This document shows, piece after piece, positions 19,912-27,977 of a DNA stretch of 64,000 nucleotides. The notes below the pieces were generated by a model. That model was not told the DNA's origin. It ran no database searches and saw nothing but the letters and a program-made list of their open reading frames with translations. Every line of letters begins with the position of its first letter. Within the stretch, counting starts at the first letter, position 1. The position numbers and the translations under genes are program-made. The DNA comes from an uncultured Bacteroidota bacterium (GTDB lineage Bacteria > Bacteroidota > Ignavibacteria > UBA10030 > UBA6906), in the NCBI GenBank assembly GCA_963700635.1, contig CAVOYH010000006.1:96001-160000 (forward strand). Direction: 5' to 3'.

Positions 19912-22011
19912 TCACGCTTCCTGTTCTTTATTCTTGTGCTTCTCTGATGCCGCGATGATCTTCTCCGCCTGTTCCCTTGGCACTTCTTCGTAATGCGACA
20001 TCGTAGCGGAATAGACTCCGCGCCCGCCGGTCATGGAACGGAGAACCGTGGCGTACTTATGCAACTCCGCCGCCGGCACCGCGGCCCGGATGATCTGGTA
20101 TCTCCCTTCAGAGTCCATGCCGGCGATTTTTCCCCGGCGTGACGAGATGTCGCCCATCACGTCGCCCATCGCATCTTCCGGAACACGCACCTCGACGTTG
20201 TAAATGGGTTCCAGAAGGATCGGCTTGGCATCCATAAATCCTTTGCGGAACGCCATGGCGCCCGAGATCTTAAACGCCATTTCCGAAGAATCCACATCGT
20301 GATACGAACCATAGTGCAGCGCAACACGCACATCCACCACCGGATATCCCGCGACGACACCATCCTTCATCGTCTCCACCACGCCTTTTTCGACGGCAGG
20401 GATAAACTTTCCGGGCACGACGCCACCCACGATCTCATCAAGGAATTCAAAACCCTGTCCGCGTTTGAGCGGCTCGAGGCGCAGGTGCACGTGGCCGTAC
20501 TGGCCGTGACCGCCGGTCTGCTTCTTGTGCTTGTACTCTGAATCCTTGACGATGGCTTTGATCGTCTCGCGGTACGGAACACGCGGCTCAACAAGATCCA
20601 CTTCCACGTTGTACCGCTGCTTCAGCCGTTTCACCATCATGTCCAGATGGACTTCCCCCTGCCCGCTCACGATCGTCTGATGGAGTTCGGGGTCGACACG
20701 GAATCGGAAGGTGGTATCTTCCTGATGCAGGGAGTGCAGGCCGGAGGAGATTTTATCCTCGTCACCCTTGGACCGCGGGACGACAGCCATGTGAAACACT
20801 GATTCGGGGAAGACGATGGGGGGATAGGAAACCGGAAAGGCTTTGCTGCTGAGCGTGTCGTTCGTGTGGGTGTCTTTCAATTTCACCACGGCCCCCAGAT
20901 CGCCCGCCAGCAGGTGGCTGATTTCCTTCCGGTCTTTCCCCGCCATGACGAACAGCTGGGCCAGACGTTCCGGCTTGGAATTTGTGTTGTTCACCATATC
21001 CAGGCCCGGGGCGACCTTCCCGCTGAAAACCCGGAAGAAGGAAAGTTCGCCAACATGGGATTCGGAGACGGTCTTAAAAACAAAAAGTGATGGCTGCCCT
21101 GCGGGATCCTGCACAACAGATATCTCACGGGAGCCCTGCGCCCCTTTTGCCGCAACCGGTCCCCGTTCCTGAGGAGTGGGCGTAAATTCGACGATCGCGT
21201 CGAGCAGACTGGAAATGCCGATGTTGAGGGTGGATGAGGCGCAGAAGAGCGGAAACAGTTTGCGCTCGCGGATGCCGGAGCGCAAACCCGCCTTCATCTC
21301 GTCAGGCGTAAGCGTTCCTTTTTCGAGATACGTGTTGAGCAGCGACTCATCCGTCTCCGCAATGAGCTCCAGAACCTGCTGCCGCAGCTCCTGGGCCTTT
21401 CCTTCGATTTCCGCAGGGATATCTTCTTCGGCGTACTTGCCGTTCCCGCCCGGCTGGAATTTTAGCAGTTTCATCCGCACTACATCCACGATGCTGTCGA
21501 ACCCCAACCCCTGTTTTAACGGGAACTGCAGGGGGACAATGTCGTGGCTCAGGAGATCACGGGCCACACTCAGGACTCTGTCGAAATCCGCGTTTTCCTG
21601 ATCCAGCTTGTTCATCAGGAACACGACGCCATTCTGGTACTCTGCGGCGTACCGCCACACAATCTCGGTCCCGACCTCCACCCCCTCAACCGCTTTGAGC
21701 AGAAGGATTGCAGTATCCGTCACGCGGAGCGCCGATTTTACATCACCCGTAAAGTCCGTGTATCCCGGCGTATCCAGGATATTGATCTTGTTCCCCTTCC
21801 ATTCGCAGTTTGATAACGAACTGCTCACGGAAATCTGGCGGTCGATCTCGTCGACCCGGTAGTCCGACACAGTATTACCTTCTTCAACCCTGCCCAGGCG
21901 TGTCGTTGTGCCTGCAGAAAAGAGCATTGCCTCGGCTGTCATGGTCTTTCCGGTACCGCCATGACCGATCAGGCTCACATTGCGGATGTGTTCGGGGGTA
22001 AATTCCTTCAT
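19912..22011 (-). CDS. fusA: Elongation factor G paralog (EF-G2 type)
   Basis: GHGGTGKT, DTPGY, NKLD, KKQTGGHGQYG, YHDVDSSEMAF; G2 region RQISV rather than RGITI; not in the str operon. Confidence 0.9.
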   Translation of the reverse strand: MKEFTPEHIRNVSLIGHGGTGKTMTAEAMLFSAGTTTRLGRVEEGNTVSDYRVDEIDRQISVSSSLSNCEWKGNKINILDTPGYTDFTGDVKSALRVTDTAILLLKAVEGVEVGTEIVWRYAAEYQNGVVFLMNKLDQENADFDRVLSVARDLLSHDIVPLQFPLKQGLGFDSIVDVVRMKLLKFQPGGNGKYAEEDIPAEIEGKAQELRQQVLELIAETDESLLNTYLEKGTLTPDEMKAGLRSGIRERKLFPLFCASSTLNIGISSLLDAIVEFTPTPQERGPVAAKGAQGSREISVVQDPAGQPSLFVFKTVSESHVGELSFFRVFSGKVAPGLDMVNNTNSKPERLAQLFVMAGKDRKEISHLLAGDLGAVVKLKDTHTNDTLSSKAFPVSYPPIVFPESVFHMAVVPRSKGDEDKISSGLHSLHQEDTTFRFRVDPELHQTIVSGQGEVHLDMMVKRLKQRYNVEVDLVEPRVPYRETIKAIVKDSEYKHKKQTGGHGQYGHVHLRLEPLKRGQGFEFLDEIVGGVVPGKFIPAVEKGVVETMKDGVVAGYPVVDVRVALHYGSYHDVDSSEMAFKISGAMAFRKGFMDAKPILLEPIYNVEVRVPEDAMGDVMGDISSRRGKIAGMDSEGRYQIIRAAVPAAELHKYATVLRSMTGGRGVYSATMSHYEEVPREQAEKIIAASEKHKNKEQEA

Positions 22012-22219
22012 GGGATTTCTCAATCCTCCAGATTAGTACGTACGCCGGCGTGGGGGCCCTGTTAGGGTTGCAGCGGCGGTTGTTAGGATAGAACAGTGTA
22101 CATATAAGGGGAACCACGGGGCGACGGCAGGCACGACGGTTCCTTGTCGAGCCGGCACGAAAGGTGCGGTACTCCGCAGGCATGATGTTCCGGCTGGACC
22201 GCGTGTCGCACCTGCAACG

Positions 22220-22606
22220 TCAGGCACGAACACGATCAACAAATGCCCGAACACCCTTAAAGACCGCCGACACAATCCCGACGGTTTCGAGAATCGGACC
22301 TTCAATCCGTTCCTGCACTCTGCGCTCGAGGTCCACCACATTGTCAGCGATCATCTTGATCGATCCGATGGACTCCCGGACTGCGGCCACCTGGTCGTCA
22401 ATGCTGTCGGTAATGCCTTTTACACGTGAAGTAATATACTCCATGTTCTCAAGGACGGGCACAGCGCGTGTCGCAATATCTTTGACGTCCTTCTCAACAT
22501 TGACCATGATGTCCCGGACGCGAAGCAGGACGACGATCATGTAGATACAGAGTGCAGAGAGACAGAGCAGAGCAACGATTTGAGCGATAACTAGGACGAG
22601 TTCCAC
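22220..22606 (-). CDS. DUF948/YoxC-family membrane-anchored coiled-coil protein
   Basis: N-terminal TM helix then coiled coil; paired with YtxH. Confidence 0.75.
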   Translation of the reverse strand: MELVLVIAQIVALLCLSALCIYMIVVLLRVRDIMVNVEKDVKDIATRAVPVLENMEYITSRVKGITDSIDDQVAAVRESIGSIKMIADNVVDLERRVQERIEGPILETVGIVSAVFKGVRAFVDRVRA

Positions 22607-22636
22607 AAACGCCTCCTTGTACGCGATCGGGATCGT

Positions 22637-23032
22637 TTACGAGCGACGACGCTCTTCTTTGAACGCATCCATGCCGGCTTTTACGGCGCTCTTCACCTTT
22701 GCACCTTCTTCTGCAAGGGAAGCGGACTTCTGCCGCGCGCCGGTCAGGACTTTTTCGGCGTCCACGAGCAGGGTGTCGGCCTTCCGTTTTGCATCGGTGA
22801 TAAGGCTGTCCGAGCGCTTTTTTGCCTCGCTGACAAGATCACCGGCCTTGGTACGCACCGTCGACAGATATTCTTCGGCATCGTCACGAAACTCATCAGC
22901 GCGATCCTTGATCTCGGCCCGTAACTCACGACCGCTCTTGGGCGCATACAATAGTGCAACAATGGCGCCGACAGCTCCGCCGGCAAGGAGCCCGATCACC
23001 AGGCCTTTTAACATTCCTTCGTTTTTGGTCAT
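22637..23032 (-). CDS. YtxH domain protein
   Basis: GLLAGGAVGAIVALLYAPKSGRELR signature. Confidence 0.88.
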   Translation of the reverse strand: MTKNEGMLKGLVIGLLAGGAVGAIVALLYAPKSGRELRAEIKDRADEFRDDAEEYLSTVRTKAGDLVSEAKKRSDSLITDAKRKADTLLVDAEKVLTGARQKSASLAEEGAKVKSAVKAGMDAFKEERRRS

Positions 23033-23080
23033 GGCGTGCCTCATCTTCTTCGTGAATCGTATACAGGGGGGTGGACATGT

Positions 23081-23109
23081 AATATACCACAATCCACCTA
23101 AGAATGCAA
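23081..23109 (-). promoter_or_regulatory. sigma70 promoter for ytxH-DUF948
   Basis: TTGCAT-17 nt-TATATT with extended -10 TG on the minus strand. Confidence 0.6.
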
Positions 23110-23236
23110 CGTGCTCCGTGCCAGTACGTCACGGGATACTTCATTTCCGCAGGAAGTCGCAGCATGGAGGACCAAATGAACCACTCCATACTGCACACTT
23201 CCACGATCGTTCCCGTAGGGCTGGCGCCCGGAACAT

Positions 23237-23332
23237 CTACCGGATCTTCTTCTTGTGACGCATTTTTCTAAGGCGCTTCTTGCGCTTGTGCGTCGCCATC
23301 TTGTGACGCTTGCGCTTCTTACCACAAGGCAT
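23237..23332 (-). CDS. Small basic ribosomal protein bS22 type (AURKAIP1/COX24/mS38 family), 31 aa
   Basis: MPCGKKRKRHKMATHKRKKRLRKMRHKKKIR*, with GAGGAGGT RBS; below the ORF-track size cutoff. Confidence 0.88.
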   Translation of the reverse strand: MPCGKKRKRHKMATHKRKKRLRKMRHKKKIR

Positions 23333-23351
23333 ACCTCCTCCTTTCTGTTCT

Positions 23352-24196
23352 CTAAGGATTAAATGAATGCTGTTCCAGAAGTTGTTGAGCCCGTTTACCG
23401 AGTTCCGACGCGGAATTCATCGCGACGGCCTTGCGAAACCATCTGTTTGAGGCTTCCAGATCACCGTTCCGCAGATGCACAACACCGAGGTTAAACGCGG
23501 ACGGTTGATGGGTCGGAGCATTCCGGATTGCCGTTTCCATTTCTGTAATGGCAAGGGAAAAGAACCGGCCCGGATTTACCGTGTCGGCCAGTCCCAGCTC
23601 GAAATAACAGACCCCCATATCCACACGGGCATCAGGATCGTTGGGTTGCAGCTGCAGATAGGTTTTGTACGTCTCCACCGCCCGCATAAACAATCCGTTG
23701 TCGTGCTGCGCGTTGGCAAGACTCAGCAGAGCGGCACGGTTTTTCGGATCAGCCGTCACGGCAGCCTCCAGCGGGACCAGGTCAGTCATCGGTGGGGGCT
23801 GAAGCTGGGGCTGGGGCATGCCCGCCGGAGGAGCCGCAGATGCCACGGCCGGCACGTGATCCCGGGAGAGTTCGACATACAACAGCACCGCGACAAGAGC
23901 ACTCACAGCAACGACGGAAAGAACCTGCCAGGGCTCGAATTTCCCCGGTTTGCGCGACCGTTCTGTTTCTGCTTCACCCTTGCCGGTTGACTCTTTTCCA
24001 CGGGTTTCCCACCTGCGAGCCGTGCTCCACAGCCGGAACAGGTTGCTGCACCGGCGGGGTTAGACTGTCCGCACACGTCGCACGCCCTCGCTTCCGGGTG
24101 TTCCCAGGTTAACGCTTCGCCGCAGGAAGGACACCGTTTCGCACCCCATGCCACAGCCGCGTCACACGCACCGCAGATTGTTTTTACTTCCGCCAT
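23352..24196 (-). CDS. Double zinc-ribbon / TM / TPR protein, split by a frameshift near 23940
   Basis: 5' ORF has CGAC, CPSC, CDVC, CSGC; the -1 frame continues KFEPWQVLSVVAVSALVAVLLY (TM) then TPRs (DARVDMGVCY, FNLGVV). Confidence 0.7.
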
Positions 24197-24208
24197 CGCC
24201 GCCGTCCC

Positions 24209-24508
24209 TTATGGTTGCACCATCTTCTTCATATTCTCATTCACCAGAGTTTTTACTTCCTTGGAGACCTTAAACAGCGGCACCCAGTGTTCATCGACCA
24301 TCACCTGTTCACCGGTGCGCGGGTTACGCGCAACGCGCCCTTTCCGCTTCTTGACTTTGTAACTTCCGAATCCGCGAATCTCAATGTTCTTCCCATCCTT
24401 CAGCGCATTGATGACCGTGGAAATAAACCCGTCGACGACTGCTTCGGTTTCTACCTTGGTCAAACCGGTCGCAGTGGCAATCGTGTCAACTATATCCGCC
24501 TTTGTCAC
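24209..24508 (-). CDS. HU/IHF family DNA-binding protein
   Basis: MTKADIV, IEIRGFGSY, ARNPRTGE. Confidence 0.95.
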   Translation of the reverse strand: MTKADIVDTIATATGLTKVETEAVVDGFISTVINALKDGKNIEIRGFGSYKVKKRKGRVARNPRTGEQVMVDEHWVPLFKVSKEVKTLVNENMKKMVQP

Positions 24509-24556
24509 CGTCGGTCCTCCTGAAGTGTGTGGTGTTCGTCACTGTGCTGCACGTGG

Positions 24557-25465
24557 TTACCGCGCCCCGGTAAAGCGGAATGACATAACCGGCCTGTCCA
24601 GCAGTTCTTCAGACACGGCACGAAGTTCTTCTCTGACATCACTCATCATGGTCTCCCACAAGGTCCGGCGCACGCGCTCGCGCACGAGTGACGGTTCACC
24701 TTCAATCCCGGCCAGTCCGGCCGCGATTCGTACGGCATCCTCGTATGTCCCGATCGTGTCAACCAGACCCAGCGTGACAGCCTGCTCGCCGGTGAACACT
24801 CGGCCATCGGCCAGAGAGAGAACCTCCAGAGAGTCAAGCGCACGCTCTTTCTGGACCACCTGCTTGAATTGACGGTGCACGTCATCCATGAGCGTCTGGA
24901 AATACCGCTCGTCCGCTTCAGTCATACGGCGCGTCGAGGAGCCGGCATCTTTGCGTTTTCCTGATTTGATGGTTTTGACATCCACCCCGACCTTGCCGAG
25001 AAGTTCCTGCAGCTGCAGGAATTCCGCAATGACGCCGATGCTGCCGGTGAGCGTGCCCCGGTTTGCCACCAGGCGTGAGCCCCCGCAGGCCACATAGTAC
25101 CCCCCGCTGGCTGCAAGGGATCCCATCGACACAACCACCGGCTTGCCGCTTTCCCGGACCTTCCTCACCTCTTCGTATATTTCCTGGCTCGCAACGACGC
25201 CCCCCCCGGGGGAATCAACACGCAGCAGAATAGCCCGTATCGAAGACTGATCGTGGTACTTCTTTAACTGGCGCACAACGTCCTCGGACGAGGTAATAAC
25301 CCCCTTGAGTTCCACGATTGCGATTTTGTCACCTGACCCGCCTGTCACGGTGTCAGTTCTCTGACCGGCATTCTTCACAAACGAGATCAAAACCACGGTA
25401 AACAGGATGCCAATGGCCGCGAGAATGCCCAGAATTGCAAGAAACCACTTGGTAGACTTCGACAT
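24557..25465 (-). CDS. sppA: Signal peptide peptidase SppA (36K type, S49)
   Basis: VDSPGG, AASGGYY, TGSIGVI, DGRVFTG; likely start MSKSTKW. Confidence 0.93.
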   Translation of the reverse strand: MSKSTKWFLAILGILAAIGILFTVVLISFVKNAGQRTDTVTGGSGDKIAIVELKGVITSSEDVVRQLKKYHDQSSIRAILLRVDSPGGGVVASQEIYEEVRKVRESGKPVVVSMGSLAASGGYYVACGGSRLVANRGTLTGSIGVIAEFLQLQELLGKVGVDVKTIKSGKRKDAGSSTRRMTEADERYFQTLMDDVHRQFKQVVQKERALDSLEVLSLADGRVFTGEQAVTLGLVDTIGTYEDAVRIAAGLAGIEGEPSLVRERVRRTLWETMMSDVREELRAVSEELLDRPVMSFRFTGAR

Positions 25466-25489
25466 AAGCCGGGTTCCGACGAAAGGCTG

Positions 25490-25537
25490 TAAGTTATTGA
25501 TATACAATATAATAATAAAACCCCGTGAAATTGTCAA
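25490..25537 (-). promoter_or_regulatory. sigma70 promoter of the sppA-HU/IHF operon with an IHF-consensus site at the start region
   Basis: TTGACA (25532-25537)-17 nt-TATTAT (25509-25514); TATCAA-TAAC-TTA (25490-25502) matches WATCAANNNNTTR. Confidence 0.65.
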
Positions 25538-25553
25538 CCACCGGCTGCAAAGC

Positions 25554-25577
25554 AAAAAACCCGCCGGAGGCGGGCTT
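25554..25577 (-). terminator. Rho-independent terminator after the Hsp20 cluster
   Basis: CCCGCC-3 nt loop-GGCGGG hairpin with a T6 tail on the minus strand. Confidence 0.7.
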
Positions 25578-25618
25578 CTTGCATCAAAGCGTTTCGGGAG
25601 CTGTCCCGGGGTCCCACA

Positions 25619-25678
25619 CTATTTCACCGTTACTGTAATCTCCTTCGCTTTGACCTCTTCCGATTTTGGAACGACGTC
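25619..25678 (-). pseudogene. C-terminal remnant of a third Hsp20 gene
   Basis: Reads VVPKSEEVKAKEITVTVK* (Hsp20 C-terminal IxI/V motif) with no start codon; out of frame with the adjacent Hsp20. Confidence 0.7.
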
Positions 25679-25683
25679 TGTTG

Positions 25684-26010
25684 TCAGTTGATAGAAATCT
25701 CACGTGGTTTAAGGATTTCATGCTTGTACAGCTTCACGGTGAGCACGCCTTTGTCATGGTGTGCATCGATGGATGTTGTGTCGATACCTTCTCCGATCCC
25801 AAACGATCGGGCAAAAGAAGCCGCCCTCACCCGTAGCTCGCCTTTGTTGAGGGTCAGCGTAATCGCTTCCTTCTCAACACCGGGCAGGTTCAGCATCAGG
25901 ACATACGCATCGGCTGTTTCATATACATCAGCCGCCGGGACTCTGCACCGGACGCCGGCGGTATCCTCCGCGGGCTGTGTTCGTTGTACCGCTACATCTG
26001 ATTTTGTCAT
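25684..26010 (-). CDS. Hsp20/alpha-crystallin small heat-shock protein (short, internal loop missing)
   Basis: PAADVYET, LPGV, FARSF, GVLTVKLYK, PREISI. Confidence 0.85.
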   Translation of the reverse strand: MTKSDVAVQRTQPAEDTAGVRCRVPAADVYETADAYVLMLNLPGVEKEAITLTLNKGELRVRAASFARSFGIGEGIDTTSIDAHHDKGVLTVKLYKHEILKPREISIN

Positions 26011-26025
26011 GGTCAAATCTCCTGT

Positions 26026-26472
26026 TTAACGGATTGAAATTTCACGTGGACGAACTGCTTCTGCCTTCGGCAGTACAACATGCAGCAGACCGTTCTTCAG
26101 CTCGGCGCGTATTGCCTGCGGATCCACGGCGTGTGGAAGTTCAACAGTGCGCACAAATTTTCCGGTCACACTCTCCGAGCGGATCCAGTGTGCGCCATCG
26201 GGAAGTCCGTGAGGCTTACGCTCGCCCGTCACCGTCAGAAGTCCGTTCTCCAGTGAGATGGTAAGATCCTCTTTGTTCACTCCGGGCAGCTCAACGATCA
26301 GCTCACTCTGCGCTTCGCTCTCTGTGAGACTCACCCTCGGCGTCCGGCTGCCACTGGAAACAAATGCGGGCAGCGTAAAATCACCGAACACCTGATCCAG
26401 CTCCTTTTCGAGATCCACACTGCTCGTCCACAACGGCTGGATAACGGGGAATCGATTAATTCGCATCAACAT
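26026..26472 (-). CDS. Hsp20/alpha-crystallin small heat-shock protein
   Basis: ELPGVNKEDL, LTVTGER, GKFVRTVELP, NGLLHVVLPK, PREISIR. Confidence 0.93.
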   Translation of the reverse strand: MLMRINRFPVIQPLWTSSVDLEKELDQVFGDFTLPAFVSSGSRTPRVSLTESEAQSELIVELPGVNKEDLTISLENGLLTVTGERKPHGLPDGAHWIRSESVTGKFVRTVELPHAVDPQAIRAELKNGLLHVVLPKAEAVRPREISIR

Positions 26473-26528
26473 TGGTGTCTCTCCTCTTTTTGTTCTCTGA
26501 GTTGGTGTCTGTAGTTGTCCTCAGATAT

Positions 26529-26704
26529 CGCAACTCACATGCCAATTTTGTAATCACTTATAAATCAATGGTTTAGCAGATAAACCGGGAAATCGGTCGA
26601 TTCATTGCTGCCAATTAGACAATATATATGCCATATAGGCATACAAACAATGTCCGGGTTACAATCAAAGAAGACATATTGGCGCATAATCAGTCATTAT
26701 GGCG
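26529..26704 (-). promoter_or_regulatory. sigma54 promoter, IHF site and five phased enhancer-like sites for the Hsp20 operon
   Basis: TTGGCATG-TGAG-TTGCG (26529-26545); AATCAA-TGGT-TTA (26563-26575); related 13-mers at 26609, 26629, 26651, 26672 and 26692. Confidence 0.75.
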
Positions 26705-26796
26705 TGCAATGATTTTAGTTCGTTCCGTAAAGAGCTGTGACCTGGCAATCAATCCTGCGCCGGGATGAGAAAAACCGGCCACTTCTCTCCGGGCAC

Positions 26797-26836
26797 AAAA
26801 AGAAAAAGGGTGACCGCAATGTCTGCAGTCACCCTT
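26797..26836 (-). terminator. Rho-independent terminator after the 6S-like RNA and trxB
   Basis: AAGGGTGACTGCA...TGCGGTCACCCTT stem followed by TTTCTTTTT. Confidence 0.8.
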
Positions 26837-26838
26837 CT

Positions 26839-26940
26839 GATTCCACTGGGTCGGTGAGTCATATTCATCTCCCCGTCCGGCCTTTCACGCGGCGCGACCG
26901 TGACATACCAGGACGCCACACCAAGAGGTCTCAGAAACCT
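26839..26940 (-). ncRNA. Probable 6S RNA (short FCB type, 6S-Flavo/Chlorobi-1-like)
   Basis: Minus strand TTGGTG-TGG-CGTCCTGGT...GCCGGACG-GGGAGATGAATATGACT-CACCGA forms a rod with an asymmetric central bubble, followed by a strong terminator; GGTGTGGCGTCCTG...GACGGGGAGAT core matches my recollection of FCB 6S-type RNAs (not searched). Confidence 0.6.
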
Positions 26941-26955
26941 CTCAGCTTTACCACT

Positions 26956-27912
26956 TCAGTCGTGCTGACTCTCCAGCCACCGCTCTGCGTCCAGCGCTGC
27001 CTGGCAGCCCGTGCCGGCCGCGGTGATCGCCTGCCGATAAATGCTGTCAGAAACATCCCCCGCGGCAAACACTCCCGGAATATTCGTATACGTTGATTTG
27101 TCCGCGGTGATCAGATATCCCACCGGATCCATCTTCAGCTGCTCCTTAAAGAGGGATGTGTTTGGCTGATGCCCGATACCCATAAACACGCCGTCGGTCT
27201 TAAGAACTGACACCGCACCCGTCTTCACGTTTTTCAGGCGGACGCCCGTCACGGTCTTTCGTCCGTTCTCCGTCTTTCCCACAATCTCTTCCACCACCGA
27301 GTTCCACACAAATGTGATCTTTGGGTTCTTTGACGCTTTCTCCTGCATGATTTTTGACGCACGCAGGGCGTCGCGGCGGTGGATGATTCTCACTATCGAG
27401 GCAAACTTGGTAAGAAACGTCGCTTCCTCGATCGCCGTGTCCCCCCCGCCGACGACCACCACTTCCAATCCTTTGTAAAAAAAGCCGTCACATGTAGCGC
27501 ACGCGGAAACTCCATAGCCCATATACTCTTTTTCCGACGGAAGCCCGAGGAGTTTCGCTGATGCACCGGTCGCAACAATCACTGCATCCGCCGTGTAAGC
27601 TTCTTCATCGCTCCAGAGGTGAAACGGCCGCCGGGAGAGATCAACTTTGCTGATATGTTTGAACACGGTTGTTGCACCGAACCGCTGCGCCTGAGCACGG
27701 AAATGCTCCATCAACTCCGGACCCATGATACCCTGGGGGAATCCTGGATAATTCTCCACTTCGGTGGTGATGGTAAGCTGCCCGCCCGGCTGAATACCCT
27801 CGAACACAACGGGACTCAGGCCGGCCCGTGCGCTATACAGAGCGGCCGTCAATCCGGCCGGCCCCGATCCGATAATAACCAACGTGTGATGTTGGGACAT
27901 ACGATTCTCCAT
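26956..27912 (-). CDS. trxB: Thioredoxin-disulfide reductase
   Basis: IIGSGPAG, GGQLTITTEVENYPG, CATCDG, GGGDTA, YRQAITAAGTG. Confidence 0.97.
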   Translation of the reverse strand: MENRMSQHHTLVIIGSGPAGLTAALYSARAGLSPVVFEGIQPGGQLTITTEVENYPGFPQGIMGPELMEHFRAQAQRFGATTVFKHISKVDLSRRPFHLWSDEEAYTADAVIVATGASAKLLGLPSEKEYMGYGVSACATCDGFFYKGLEVVVVGGGDTAIEEATFLTKFASIVRIIHRRDALRASKIMQEKASKNPKITFVWNSVVEEIVGKTENGRKTVTGVRLKNVKTGAVSVLKTDGVFMGIGHQPNTSLFKEQLKMDPVGYLITADKSTYTNIPGVFAAGDVSDSIYRQAITAAGTGCQAALDAERWLESQHD

Positions 27913-27977
27913 CTGGTTTGATGTCTGTTCGATGCGGGGACAGCCCTCCGCGGGTCACCCTTTCGCGGCCAGGACGA

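Noticed and set aside
22030-22215. GC-rich spacer before fusA2 as a possible ncRNA or leader peptide
   Set aside because: No recognisable family motif or convincing structure.
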